From contig JAQGDQ010001023.1 of the NCBI GenBank assembly GCA_030141605.1, forward strand, positions 5,629-69,628: 64,000 nt of DNA. Reading direction: 5' to 3'. The translations under genes and the position numbers were made by a program. Source of the DNA: Tubiluchus corallicola (taxonomy: Eukaryota > Animalia > Priapulida). The notes beneath the pieces are model-generated. The model was not told the DNA's origin. It did no database searches and was given only the letters and a program-made list of their open reading frames with translations. Shown one piece after another: positions 43,904 to 57,825 of the stretch (positions are counted from its first letter, which is position 1; the number at the start of each line of letters is the position of its first letter).

Positions 43904-44520
43904 TTGTAATCGCACTGTATTTACCTGACAATGTTTAGCACTGTAATCGCACTGCATTTACCTGACAATGTTTAGTACTGTAATCGCACTGTATTTACCT
44001 GACAATGTTTAGCACTGTAATCGCACTGTATTTACCGGACAATGTTTAGCACTGTAATCGCACTGCATTTACCTGACAATGTTTAGTACTGTAATCGCAC
44101 TGCATTTACCTGACAATGTTTAGTACTGTAATCGCACTGTATTTACCTGACAATGTTTAGCACTGTAATCGCACTGCATTTACCTGACAATGTTTAGTAC
44201 TGTAATCGCACTGTATTTACCTGACAATGTTTAGCACTGTAATCGCACTGCATTTACCTGACAATGTTTAGTACTGTAATCGCACTGTATTTAATTGACA
44301 ATGTTTAGCACTGTAATCGCACTGCATTTACCTGACAATGTTTAGTACTGTAATCGCACTGCATTTACCTGACAATGTTTAGTACTGTAATCGCACTGTA
44401 TTTACCTGACAATGTTTAGCACTGTAATCGCACTGCATTTACCTGACAATGTTTAGCGTGTAATTACACTGCATTTACCGGACAATGTTTAACACTGCAA
44501 TCACACTGTATTTACCGACT
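43904..44520. repeat. 37-bp tandem repeat, ~16 copies
   Basis: CTGTAATCGCACTG[C/T]ATTTACCTGACAATGTTTAG[C/T]A unit. Confidence 0.95.
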
Positions 44521-45034
44521 AATGTCTAGATCAAAGTAAGCTGCTAAGATAACTAGAAGATTTTGAATTAACGTTTCATGCTCTGTGTTGGAACGTTGGA
44601 AAGAATCATCGGAACACCGAGTTGAGTCACTTTGCAACTCATATTTCGCAAAATCAATATTTATAGGTGAAATCTAAAAATCTTCATATTGCAAAAAACC
44701 CACTGAAATCTCGGCTGTTATCACAAGACATAATGCGCTTTTTCTCGTTTCTTGCATCAATAACGCGTGAAGTAAATATTGTGTACACGGAAATTTTGAG
44801 CTTGGAAATGATATTTGCGAGTCACTGAATTGGGTGCTGGAAATACTGCTCACGTATGTTAGTAGAATGATTTGTAATGAACACATGTAGTCACAATAAA
44901 CCACTCAGAACATCTCGATTCTGCTTGAATCTTTTAGCTAAGTTGTTTTTGGAATTTATAAAGCAATGAACAAATAATTTCCGAAACAAGCAGAAATATT
45001 CTGTTTGAAATCGGGTAGTTTTGTTGGTTGATGC

Positions 45035-45810
45035 TGAAAAGTTATGAAACACTGAAGTTTCACCATTCATCCAATAAATAGAAGCATGAAAAGTTATGAA
45101 ACACTGAAGTTTCACCATTCATCCAATAAATAGAAGCATGAAAAGTTATGAAACACTGAAGTTTCACCATTCATCCAATAAATAGAAGCATGAAAAGTTA
45201 TGAAACACTGAAGTTTCACCGTTCATCCAATAAATAGAAGCATGAAAAGTTATGAAACACTGAAGTTTCACCATTCATCCAATAAATAGAAGCTGAAAAG
45301 TTATGAAACACTGAAGTTTCACCATTCATCCAATAAATAGAAGCATGAAAAGTTATGAAACACTGAAGTTTCACCATTCATCCAATAAATAGAAGCTGAA
45401 AAGTTATGAAACACTGAAGTTTCACCATTCATCCAATAAATAGAAGCTGAAAAGTTATGAAACACTGAAGTTTCGCCATTCATCCAATAAATAGAAGCTG
45501 AAAAGTTATGAAACACTGAAGTTTCACCGTTCATCCAATAAATAGAAGCATGAAAAGTTATGAAACACTGAAGTTTCACCGTTCATCCAATAAATAGAAG
45601 CATGAAAAGTTATGAAACACTGAAGTTTCACCATTCATCCAATAAATAGAAGCATGAAAAGTTATGAAACACTGAAGTTTCACCGTTCATCCAATAAATA
45701 GAAGCATGAAAAGTTATGAAACACTGAAGTTTCACCGTTCATCCAATAAATAGAAGCATGAAAAGTTATGAAACACTGAAGTTTCACCATTCATCCAATA
45801 AATAGAAGCA
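45035..45810. repeat. 51/52-bp tandem repeat, ~15 copies
   Basis: TGAAAAGTTATGAAACACTGAAGTTTCACCATTCATCCAATAAATAGAAGCA unit. Confidence 0.95.
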
Positions 45811-46445
45811 TACTTAATAGGCGCTAATAGTAATGCTTTATATATTGCTACAACAGTTTTCAAATTTAATCCTTTGTAATCTAATGAACATTTGTTTTTA
45901 ATACAAAACTATGTGCTCCAAACAAATTTTTTAACTGATTCAACGTGCTTTGCAAAATTCATATTCTTATCAATTACAACATCTAACATAGTGCTGCAGT
46001 CAACATTACAGATATCTTTGTTACTAGTTTTTAGGTCACTTGTCTGACTGAGGATGCGTTCATCCCAACCAATAGGTATAAGCTCTGTTTTATTAGGAGA
46101 GGTGTTTATATCTAGTCTCCACTTACGACACCACAAATAAATTTCAGCGCAACACTTTGTGCTACAGTATAGCAATTGTCAGAGGTTTCCTCACCTACAA
46201 CAATTATCGGTAAAACTTATAAACATCAATATTATTAGTAATCATTTTAATAACATCAAACGTACTTGAAACATATACAATAAACAAGAGGGGCAAAATT
46301 TCAGAGCCTTGTGGGGTTCCAATGCTACACTTAACGTCACCAGACAAACATTTACCTATTTTCAGATTTACAGTTCTATTGTAGAGGAAGTCCTTTATTA
46401 AACTAAGGAAGTTTTCTTTGATGTTTGCTTGAAGTAGTTGATATG
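45811..46445 (-). mobile_element. Non-LTR RT relic related to the 22-24 kb element
   Basis: IKDFLYNRTVNLKIG, GTPQGSEILPLLFIVYV, WCRKWRLDINTSPNKTE; frameshifted. Confidence 0.85.
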
Positions 46446-47159
46446 GCACCACCCGCTATGACGTCTGCTTGAAGTAGTTGATATGGCACCACCCGCTATC
46501 AAATGCCTTTTTGAAGTCACAGCAGACAGCCAGAGACAGGAGAATGAAAAAGAGAGACACGCAGATAGAGAAGCAATCAAATATCATGCACTCACTTTTA
46601 TTCACTCACAGCGATTATGTTCTTTCACATCTTTCACATTCACAGGGCAAACCTGATCCAGTCGTATATTAAAACACACTATTCGTATGAATGCATCGCA
46701 AGGATTATTGCCATTTTGAAAGCAGCAAGCGTTGAATATTACAAAGCGAGTCGCAATTTCTTTGTTCTTCTAAACTATTCAGAACATAATAAATGCATTC
46801 TGGGGAACTTATTGAACGTAAGACCTAGCTTTATTATCAACTTCCTTTCTTCCAAGTCTTAGATGTAGTAACATTAATGATTGTCCTGATTTAATCAGTC
46901 GACACCAGATGGCTGCACGGTGTGTTATCATTTATTTTCTTACATGACACGTTTGTTTCTTCTCTCACGACCGGCTCAAACGATACAGTTTAGCCATTGA
47001 TAAAGTTATATACCAACTAACTGAACCTCGAAATTAGACGTTTGTACAATTTGACGTTTAAAGAGTGTCTATTCAAAGGAGTAAAAATGGTTTCAAAATT
47101 AGTATAAATCTCAAGTATAGTAAAACTAATGCAAGCTTTTTTGTTTATCCAAGGAAATA

Positions 47160-47960
47160 ACATACACATAGATATCTATAGACATGGATAATAACAGATA
47201 ACAGATATAGATAATAGACAAAATGTAGACATAGACATAGATAGTGCACATAGATAACAAACAGAGATGTAGACATAGACATAGATGACAGACAGAGATG
47301 TAGATATAGACATAGATAATAGACAAAAATGTAGACATAGACATAGATAATGCACATAGATAACAGACAGAGATGTAGACATAGACATAGATAGTGCACA
47401 TAGATAACAAACAGAGATGTAGACATAGACATAGATGACAGACAGAGATGTAGATATAGACATAGATAATAGACAAAAATGTAGACATAGACATAGATAA
47501 TGCACATAGATAACAGACAGAGATGTAGACATAGACATAGATAGTGCACATAGATAACAAACAGAGATGTAGACATAGACATAGATGACAGACAGAGATG
47601 TAGATATAGACATAGATAATAGACAAAAATGTAGACATAGACATAGATAATGCACATAGATAACAGACAGAGATGTAGACATAGACATAGATAATGCACA
47701 TAGATAACAGACAGAGATGTAGACATAGACATAGATAACAGACAAAGATGTAGACATAGACATAGATAATGCACATAGATAACAGACAAAGATGTAGACA
47801 TAGACATAGATAATGCACATAGATAACAGACAAAGATGTAGACATAGACATAGATAATGCACATAGATAACAGACAAAGATGTAGACATAGACATAGATA
47901 ATGCACATAGATAACAGACAAAGATGTGGACATATATAGAGATAATAGAAACAGGCAGAG
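47160..47960. repeat. Complex TAGACA/TAGATA-based satellite with higher-order periodicity
   Basis: Hexamer-derived subunits repeated in ~150-bp and ~44-bp blocks. Confidence 0.9.
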
Positions 47961-48464
47961 ACAGAGACGTCGACATAGAGATTTTTTAATAGGTTTGATT
48001 TACGAAATAATTCAAATCATATTTCTGTTTCCACAAAAAGTTATAGTTTGCCAGAAAAACACAAAAAAAATAAATCACATACTTATAATTTGCAGTTTAT
48101 TTTTTGTTCGGTTGTTTGCTGCGTTTTGTCGCGAGTCGCAGCTGGTCGCACGCGACTGCACGAATTTATTCATTGCAGCTTTCTGGTCAATTATTCAATA
48201 ACAATGGTTTGTCAAGGGCAGATGGTGTTTGCTTAAGCCACTGACGAAGTGTGGACAACTGATTGAATTAGTATCGCCTATCATGCTCTCTATTAATTAT
48301 CAGCAAACAGTTGTCATACTTGGATTTTCAAACAGCAAACGTTCCGATTTCGGTCACTATGTTCAATGAAGGCGTTTGGTAAGTCAAATTCGCGTTTCGC
48401 ACCAAAAACTCGAAAATTATTAGATATTAACTGACCTGACAGAATATCCAATGATACCGCTGTA

Positions 48465-48630
48465 CCCACGCATGAGCTCACCAATGTGTGAATTACATCA
48501 CAACTGAACACCACTGAACTGGGATGTACAGCATCGGTTTTTTTTCTGCAACGCATTTCTGAGATGCAGGCGCTAGTGCCCATCTAATTAGCGAATGGTG
48601 AAAGGCATATAAATAACTAGTGGCGCGAAT
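48465..48630 (+). repeat. Dispersed repeat shared with 30460-30650
   Basis: Shared CGCTAGTGCCCATCTAA core and flanks. Confidence 0.7.
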
Positions 48631-48889
48631 TGTGTGGTAACATTTTTTCACTTGAATCACTTTTTAAAAACTAGCAAGTACCCCATAGTTACTGCCGAGG
48701 TAGCGCTAATGTAGCAACTGCTTAACCACGATTCTCTTTACATGATTTCATTTATTTACGTATTTTGTTCACAATTAATAGTAAAATGTTATAAAGACAG
48801 TATAGATAAAACATGTTGATAAAATGTATGCAAAAACAATATTTACAAGAGCGTAATAAAAGTACACTATAACAAAAGAAATTTCTTAG

Positions 48890-49190
48890 AGTTCAAAAGT
48901 GAATGTCCGAAGATTAAGATGCCTAGGACATCCTCTAAGATTACCATATGAAGCTCCAGTAGGAATGGCTCAAAAGGAAGCCTTGAAATCTGGCAAAAAA
49001 CCATCTGGCAAACCTAAAACAACTTGGATAGCTAAGATAAATTAAGATGTTAAACAACTTCAACCAAATCTATCTTTAAGAGTAGAAGAACTTAAGCTGT
49101 TAGCTGCAGATAGAAGTGGGTTAAATTTTCTAATAAATCTTGATACCTCAATGCCTACAATAGGTGGAATGAGATTTTGAAGAAGATCAA
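48890..49190 (+). mobile_element. RTE-like LINE 3' relic
   Basis: VRRLRCLGHPLRLPYEAP...KKPSGKPKTTW...LAADRS motif, similar to the 11.2-11.5 kb relic. Confidence 0.72.
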
Positions 49191-50767
49191 ACCACATGAA
49201 CGACTTATGTGTGCCTATATGGTACAAGTCTTCATGACTGTTATGTGTGCTTCGATGTCTAACAGTCAAACTAATAATTTCCATACCATAGCAGTGAAAC
49301 CATCCAGGGATAAAACACGCACACACTAAGTCAGGGTTTACAGTCACAAGCTCATATGTAAGCCATATTACATTCGTTATGTTGCGATTTAGAATCAACA
49401 GCTATAATTATGTTTATAATGCGCGATGAGTTTAAGACAGGTCGCTACTGTAAGGCTACGTAAACTGCCCAGGCCAGAATTAACTAACCGATAACAACAC
49501 AATCTTCATAAACCGAAAAGATTCTTCAAACGCTTATAGCTTACGTATGACGACAAATTAATAACGTCTTACATTGATGAACAAAGCTATTAATCGAATG
49601 TAAAAAGGACGGGATAGAGTTCTCTTGTCAAATGAGATTTCTCTTTTTGAAACTCTCTATGTAGATCTTGTCCGTTTAGTTGACCTACTTGCCATCCAGT
49701 GGACGTATCTTGATCTTGTATGATTCTAGCAAACAAGTGAAATTTAGTACTTCGTTTAGCAGAGGTTTCACAGTGAGCGAAGAGTTGAAAACCATTTATA
49801 TGGTAAGTAGTGTTTTTGGTAAGAAGATCGTCTTCTAAGTGTTTGACTGTTTTATCATCGTTGTCGTCGTCGTCATCATCATCACCATCACATCACTACT
49901 ATCATCATCGTCATCATGATCATCATCACCACCACCATCATCATGACTGCCATGGCATGGTGAAGTTCACAGTTGTTTTCCGAGTGTACACACAAGTTTC
50001 ATTTCACGCCTCTATCCTGAACACAAACTCCTGTATCAAAAGCCCAGTTTTCAGTGCGCAATAACGATATTCTTCCTGTTTAATTCGATGTCTTTTATGG
50101 ACACTCACGGTTTTCAAATTGTCTTGCAAAATGGTAAATCTTGGATATCAAAAATTTTGTTCAGCAATTGAAACTAGATTGCCGTTTTCGCTTGGCAAAT
50201 TCTTCAAATGAGAAAACGTTTGCGAGGGAAATTGTGCAGCCAAGTAGAAGTTGATGAAATGTCCACAGTTCACGCTCCTGGGAATGAACTAAATTTGTTT
50301 CTTAACATTTCTCTTTAAATAGCAGAGCTAAAAACGTTTATCGGTTATCTGACTCATGGTTTAATGGCCAATTGTAAACAGTCATAATTTGATGACAGAA
50401 TCCGACATATTTATTACTTCAAAATAATATAATGCGTTTATTATATTATAATATGTGATGAATAAAGCGTCTCAACTTTGCTGGAGTTATTTCTGGAATA
50501 TAAATTTTACATGCACAGTGAATACTTCTTTTTTTAAATAAATGTAATCAATGGACAAAATTGTACTATTTGTATTAATTTAGAATTAGCATGAAATATT
50601 GATCATTAAAGCACTAATTGTGTGCAAAGTAAACAGACAATATAAGAATTATTTACTATGTGGTGTTTAAACTGCAAACACTCGCACAAGGTAATGCTTA
50701 TATTGCCTAAATTTTATACATACATGTACATTTCAAGCATTAATGTTATAGTCTTACGTTAATCACA

Positions 50768-50887
50768 GTCTACGGCCATATCACGTTGAAAACACCTGTT
50801 CTCGTTTGATCACCGAAGTTAAGCAACGTAGACCCTGGTTAGTACTTGGATGGATGACCGCCTAGGAATACCAGGTGCTGTAGGCTT
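50768..50887 (+). pseudogene. Full-length 5S rRNA-derived sequence (head of a SINE3-like element; lacks oligo-T terminator)
   Basis: GTCTACGGCCATATCACGTTGAAAACACC...GATCACCGAAGTTAAGCAACG...GTTAGTACTTGGATGG.TGACCGCCT.GGAATACC.GGTGCTGTAGGCTT, 120 nt; several substitutions relative to the usual metazoan consensus. Confidence 0.9.
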
Positions 50888-51122
50888 GCGGGATGCCCAC
50901 ACTGTGTCTCGACACTAGGCGGCAGCTCTTGCAGCCAACCTGGTGCCAAACGTATCGCTCCGCTTTCCTTTGGACTACACCAGGGAGGAAGAGAGGGGGT
51001 TCCTGCGGTCTGGGCAACTCAGGCACAGTCGACGATGCAGCTCCATCAATGTGATCAATAACTAACTCTCTTGGCGCACACTCCATTGTCTTCCGAGACA
51101 GAAGGATGCCAACAACAACAAC
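50768..51122 (+). mobile_element. 5S-derived SINE (SINE3-like) with RTE-like tail and (CAA)n end
   Basis: 5S head runs directly into a GC-rich body ending CCATTGTCTTCCGAGACAGAAGGATGC-CAACAACAACAAC; possible TTAATCA target duplication. Confidence 0.72.
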
Positions 51123-52102
51123 TTTAATCATGTCATGGTTGAACTTTAAGTTATTCCAATTTTAACAATTTTATAAATCAATTTAAAAAAATTATCGTGT
51201 CGTGACTGCAAATTTTACATTCTGAAAATCGCAGTCAAAAATGACTCCACCAGTTGACAGATGTCATTTAATGATGACGCAATCATTATAACATTTTCCA
51301 TCTAACTTTCTGAGGAAGATGAACAGTATGCTACAAACGTATTGCTGCAGGCGCATGCGCACTGCGTACTTCCCTCAACCCTGATGATAATTTCCCAGCG
51401 ACAGATTCTGTAGTTCAAAGCAGGTGTACAGGCTCAACACGGCAGATTCTCACCGCAGCCTCTTCCAGACACTTATAAATCTTGTCATACAAGCCAGACA
51501 CCAGCTTAATATATTGTTTTGTGAAGGGACGGCAATCTACTCATCAAAGATAATGACCTAAAATGATCACCTAATATGGCGCGTACGTTTCATCCTCGCT
51601 TAGACTATACACGTTCTCTCGTCGAGAGAGCCGTGGCAGCGTGACAAATGTCAAAAGTTTTTTTAGTGGTGATCCATCCATCTACCAAATAAAGCTCGAA
51701 CTTTGCTTGCTAAAATCACACACCGTGACACCTCAGCGATTCGTCGCCAAAACAAACACTTGAATTTTGTTACCTCTCATTCTTTTCTTTTTTATTTCAC
51801 ATCCCTAATTATCTTCAGGGAAGAAAAATCGTCCTTTACTTCGTTTGTCATACTATTTGTTCCTAGTTCTGCTTTATCATCTATAACCATTTCGGACAGT
51901 TCGCCAAATCTTCTCTTTTCTTCGTCCATTTTTCTTCATTATTGTCAGCAAACGTGCAACTCTGGCTAGCACCTTCCTCTTAATGATGAGTAAAGTAATT
52001 AGCCTCAGCTTTATGTCAAGTGTGTAATGCACTAGTAAGACAGAGTAATGACTGGTTACAAGTCATTTTCCTCCGTTTAATGGGTAAAAAAGAAACACCT
52101 TA

Positions 52103-52780
52103 GATTACTAAGCAACAAACCGTGTGCACTTCAACATACACCGGAACTACTAAGCAACAAACCGTGTGCACTTCGACATACACCGGAACTACTAAGCAAC
52201 AAACCGTGTGCACTTCGACATACACCGGAACTACTAAGCAACAAACCGTGTGCACTTCGACATACACCGGAACTACTAAGCAACAAACCGTGTGCACTTC
52301 GACATACACCGGAACTACTAAGCAACAAACCGTGTGCACTTCGACATACACCGGAACTACTAAGCAACAAACCGTGTGCACTTCGACATACACCGGAACT
52401 ACTAAGCAACAAACCGTGTGCACTTCGACATACACCGGAACTACTAAGCAACAAACCGTGTGCACTTCGACATACACCGGAACTACTAAGCAACAAACCG
52501 TGTGCACTTCGACATACACCGGAACTACTAAGCAACAAACCGTGTGCACTTCGACATACACCGGAACTACTAAGCAACAAACCGTGTGCACTTCGACATG
52601 CACCGGAACTACTAAGCAACAAACCGTGTGCACTACGACATACACCGGAACTACTAAGCAACAAACCGTGTGCACTTCGACATACACTGGAATTACTAAG
52701 CAACAAACCGTGTGCACTTCGACATACACTGGAATTACTAAGCAACAAACCGTGTGCACTTCGACATACACTGGAACAAC
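52103..52780. repeat. 42-bp tandem repeat, ~16 near-identical copies
   Basis: ACTACTAAGCAACAAACCGTGTGCACTTCGACATACACCGGA unit. Confidence 0.97.
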
Positions 52781-53321
52781 TTTTCATATGTCACTCACAA
52801 CGGAATTTTAGATGTTCAACATCAGTTTATTACAAGTAGTGGTGGTGGTGGTGGTGGTGGTGGTGGTGTGCTGGTGGTGGTGGTGTGCTGCTGCTGCTGG
52901 TGGTGGTGGTGGTGGTGTGCTGGTGGTAAGAGTAGTAGTACGAAATAAATACGTAACAAATAAGAAATTATTAAATACTAAACAGTCTTCTCGTTTTGAC
53001 GCATATAGTGCACTGCAAATGTAAGACTTTGGACTTCAGTATCTGCACTAGAATTTTCACTTTTCTGTTACAGCTTGTTACTCGAGTCGTCAAAAACGTT
53101 GTTTAGGTAAAACTAGAAACGTGTAACTAAGTGTCAATATCGTTATGCCTAATGTCTAATACTGATGCAGCACGTCTAATGACATGCATTGATATCTAGT
53201 TCATGTCTTGTCTTAAAGGAATAGCTTTGATAATAAGCTAGGCTACGATTTAATTACAACCATCCACATTAAATTGACTTACTGGATTTTATCTTGAAAC
53301 CTGTCAAACTGTATATAATCA

Positions 53322-53682
53322 TGTCCGGATTACGAACTTTTACACCAATATCTTACGGGGGGCCGTAAGATATTGAAATCTTGGGCCCCCCTCTAACTCG
53401 CGAGCACCCATCTTGAATTTTTTTTACCTGTGATATATTTTAGCGACATTTGCATAGCTTGAAGTAAATTTAGCGCAAATTCTTTCAATAAACTAAAATA
53501 CCTGCCTTTTGTTTGTCAATAAAAACATTCTTCAAGAACTGCCATTTTTTGCTATTTACTGCAAACCAAATTAGCACACATTTCAACACAACCGTAGTGA
53601 AAAACGGATTATTTACCAAATATTATCGAAGCTAGAGTCCCCAGGGCTATAGCCCAAGCTAGTCCATAAGATAATCCAACAT
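53322..53682. mobile_element. Possible hAT-like MITE with internal perfect hairpin
   Basis: ATGTCCGGATTA ... TAATCCAACAT ends; internal AATATCTTACGG-GG-CCGTAAGATATT inverted repeat at ~53348-53375. Confidence 0.45.
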
Positions 53683-55970
53683 TGAGTATAACAGATAAGT
53701 TTTCAAAGGACAAACATAATACTTGGCGCAAATTCATCTGCCGAAACCCACTAAACTGGCCGCAATAAAGATATTTTTAATGTAGTTTAAGATAGATAGG
53801 CCTGCAATTCAAATGCACGAAGTGTGAAATAACAAATGTGTATCAATTTCATTCATTAGTTTTTATACCAACATATTCAAGTAGAAAATATTGTATAAAA
53901 ACTGCGCTACGTTGTCAATGATCTAAACGGTTATGTTAAAAAATTAGGCACCAAAATTCAGAAAATGTTAATAATTAAGAAGACAGCAATATGCACCAAA
54001 TTTCTGAAAGTAACACAACAAGTGATAACTTAGTTCATGAATGTCTCTATCAGTAATCAAAAGACGATGATTTACTAAAGTTCACAGAACATATTTTCAT
54101 CACACATACAAGCGTTTACAAATTAAAGGTTTCAAGCTTTTGCAAAATTGCAGGGAATGTTTCAGCCACTAGGTGTCTCTATGGAGCTGTGTGTTTCAGC
54201 CAATAGGTGTCTCTATGGAGCTGTGTGCACTCAGTGTCCCTTTATGACTTACGATTGGTTTATCAAAGTAGTTTGGTAAAAATGTTTAATCATTTATCAG
54301 GGCTTTTGTTCAGCTCAAACCTCTCAATACTCTTATAAAATGAGAGGAAAGGGGTTTCTGTGTGAAGTCCTTTCACTGTACCGTCGCACCGCGTCAGACA
54401 TATTCAAAACCTCCATAAAGGTTTGGATACCCCTTAATAACGTATTAGCCACAATGACATCCACCCCCATAGGACGTAGTATTGTCGAGCATGACTAAAC
54501 GAAGTGAAATGGGAAGATAATTCCACATCGCGTATGATATTCGCGAGATGCTTTGCATTGTTCTAAATACCTATGCATGTGATACGGCTTCTTTAATCAA
54601 CGGACAGCTGACACGTTTGATGAAGCAAGAAACAAGGTATTCGCATTCCCAAAAGACGTTGTTCTTGCGTAGGACTTAATTTACGCTGTCCTATATTATG
54701 ATGTGATAAGTCTAGTGGCAGCTTTGATGTTAATATTAGCGCGCGATGTAGCATGTGGATGACGGCCCTAGTTTATTCATCGCTTTCTGGAAGCTAAGAT
54801 TTGGACATCTTGAAGTAGTTGGCGATACTCAATTGGGATCTATATTAATGACAAAGATCGCCTAGTTTATCAGCCATATGTTAGACGTAATCAAAAAAGT
54901 TCTTTGTTCATACTAGGGCTCTGATCTTTCCAGAATTCCGCCAAGTTTGTCTTCAAAGGTCACAGTGTAATAACTGTGAGTACATTCCGTCATTAGAGTG
55001 ACTGACTTTTTAAAAATTATATACATTTCTGCCTTATATTTATCCAAAATATTTCACTGTAGTCATACTTTATAGTCGTAAAGCTACTCTCACACTTAAG
55101 TAGTCATCATTGGCAGCGTTGTACATTATAGTTTTTTGATCTGCGTGTGTGAAATAAATTGCTCTTACATTTTCTCATGATCTTACACGCACTTAGCAGT
55201 TTTCCATTGTGAAATGTATCGTTCGAGTTGTAAATTTTATCAGTCAATGTCTTACGTGATCGAACATATCAGTGCAAAAGTCGTAACTAATAATGATCGA
55301 AACACAACTGGGTTTAGCTTTAAATATTTAAGCAGTTCACTGCGGTTGGTAACAGTGCTGCTTTACCGTCACGTAAATTAAAAGTACATGATTTTATAAA
55401 ACGATATATTGATAGTGCAAACAGAGAAACCATTATTAAGAGAATATTTTTAAGAAATCGTTGTTAGTGATGGGCGGAGTATTATGGTTGGGATTGACAA
55501 TTGCCAGTTAGCAATACTAATAGATTGTCTCGTAACACCTTATAATTATTACTGATTTGTCTTTTATATAGGACAAGTGTACAAATATATGTAAATATTA
55601 GTACTTTTTCATTAATATTAATTGGTCTACTAAATATGTTGACGACTAAAAAGTGTACATTTATAGAAAAAATGTACGAAATAATGATAATATATATATA
55701 GTTATATTAAAACATATCCTATATGTAATGCATAATATATATTTTAAGCATAACATATAGCGTATATTTCAAGATAACCATCAAGTGCGTGTGTTAGCAT
55801 GAAACGTAATAACTCAACAATATGTACATGCTTCGCTTAATGTTTTAAAGCGAATCACATACAGTAATTAACAACGCTAATTAGCACATATAAGGTAAGA
55901 AACGTCTGTTTTATGGAAACTCGTTTTGAACAAAAAAGTCATTATAACTCAGAAAACAAGTTATACTCAC

Positions 55971-56347
55971 ATGGCAATAATTCCCAAATATCCAGAATCC
56001 CAAACTGATGTTGCCAGATGGGATGTCCCACCTTGACCGATTCTATCACAACTGATTGTTATTCCATACACAAACTGTTCCTGGTAGCAATTACATCCAG
56101 GAAAATTGTCTACAGCGCCACACGGATGGCTACTGTATGACGTCATATTGTCTTGCGGCTCATGATGAATCAGAACCCCAGGACTAAATACACCGTTGTA
56201 GTCATAGTCAGCGGCTTCGAGAAGTCCCGTATTCTGTTCCTGCGAGTGATACAGTGGTCCGGTGTTGATCAAGGGGGCATCTTCGGACCGCACGGTTGAA
56301 AAATCATGCGCAGAGAGCAAAAAACACCACACTATGCTTGCTAACAT
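55971..56347 (-). CDS. Host LRR gene, first coding exon: signal peptide plus Cys-rich LRRNT-like cap
   Basis: MLASIVWCFLLSAHDFS signal-like N-terminus; PC-x7-CxC-x12-C cap (PCGAVDNFPGCNCYQEQFVYGITISC); phase-2 donor GCC AT|GTGAGT compatible with the downstream LRR exons. Confidence 0.85.
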
Positions 56348-57075
56348 TGTTAGTCACTGGGAGAGGTACTGGTCAACAATCCACAGAGAGTTGAGGAAAT
56401 AATGTTGCATTAGTTTCTAACAACTGTGAAACACGTTGATAACCTTTATTGTCCTCCTGCTTTACAGAGTGCTTTCTGATTTTTCACTTATTTGATGAAA
56501 TGTAGCAAACCTTATCGGCTTACCTAATGCGCCTCTGTTCCTCAGTGTTGTCCAATTTTATATAACTTTTCTATGTCTAATACAGTTGATCAATATTGCA
56601 TGGTAAAATCAGACGCGGAAGGCAGTTTTTTCCCATGTCAGAATCTAGCTCCGTTATGTAGGCAAGACAACTTTATTCTCACTACATTTGTGATGCTACC
56701 AACAGCTAAACTATTTGATGGCAATGGTGCCGCAACAAGCAAGCTTAATCTAGTCATTTGAGATCAAAATGCCTTTTAGCTGCAAAAATATAGCCTACTT
56801 CGATTATACGGTATATTAAGCCGCTTTATTTTATCTCCTCAGGGGTCGTCTTGGTTAATTTGTATGCTTTCCAACGTCCAGCTTGTTCTTCATCTGAAAC
56901 ATAAATAAAAAAAAACAATTGAGCATCTTTACGACTGTGCTTGCAGGAAGGACTAACATCATAATTTTACTCAATCGTAAAAGTTCAGCTGCCAAAATCA
57001 TATTTTGTGTAGAGATAGTAAAAGAGTAAAGTTTAATACCTTTATGACAATAAAGAAAAAGGGAGGATTCCTTGT

Positions 57076-57187
<112 letters not shown>

Positions 57188-57189
57188 GT

Positions 57190-57612
57190 TGATGATGATG
57201 ATGATGTTCGTCCTTCGAAACGAAGATGACCATAGTGACAGGGATAAAAGGTCAGTTTGGGGGGTTGTCATTCCTTTGATGAGCTCGAATGTGACTGACT
57301 AGGCCAATTCAGGCCTGGAAACTTCTTTGGGATTTGGCACAGGTGAGGCTGAGTGTTTGGACCTGTTGTTGGGCAGTGTCACATGCCTTGCGTCTCCTGC
57401 GCTTTTCCTCTGCCTCCTCAATCTTTTAGCCTCTGCTGTCTTAGCCCCTGTGATGATGGCACTCCGCCATGCTGAGCGATCTTGTGCAAGGGTTTAAAAT
57501 TGAGCAGATATCCATGCTGAGCTCCTTGAGTGAGGCCTTCAGGCTGTCTTTGAAGCGTTCCTTTGGTCGTCCAACCTTTCTCTTTCCAGACACGAGTTCC
57601 CCATAGAGCATC
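57190..57612 (-). mobile_element. RTE/BovB-like LINE 3' end
   Basis: Minus strand MLYGELVSGKRKVGRPKERFKDSLKASL...LAQDRSAWRS..., then 3' hairpin GTCATCTTCGTTTCGAAGGACGAAC and (CAT)n tail. Confidence 0.85.
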
Positions 57613-57616
57613 TTTA

Positions 57617-57825
<209 letters not shown>

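Noticed and set aside
47126-47976. Hydrophobic 260-aa ORFs
   Set aside because: Satellite-derived, open in three frames.
50768-50887. Functional 5S rRNA gene
   Set aside because: Solitary, has substitutions in conserved positions, lacks a Pol III oligo-T terminator, and is fused to a retroposon-like tail.
52100-52811. Thr-rich mucin- or antifreeze-like repeat ORF
   Set aside because: Perfect 42-bp DNA repeat without synonymous variation, open on both strands.
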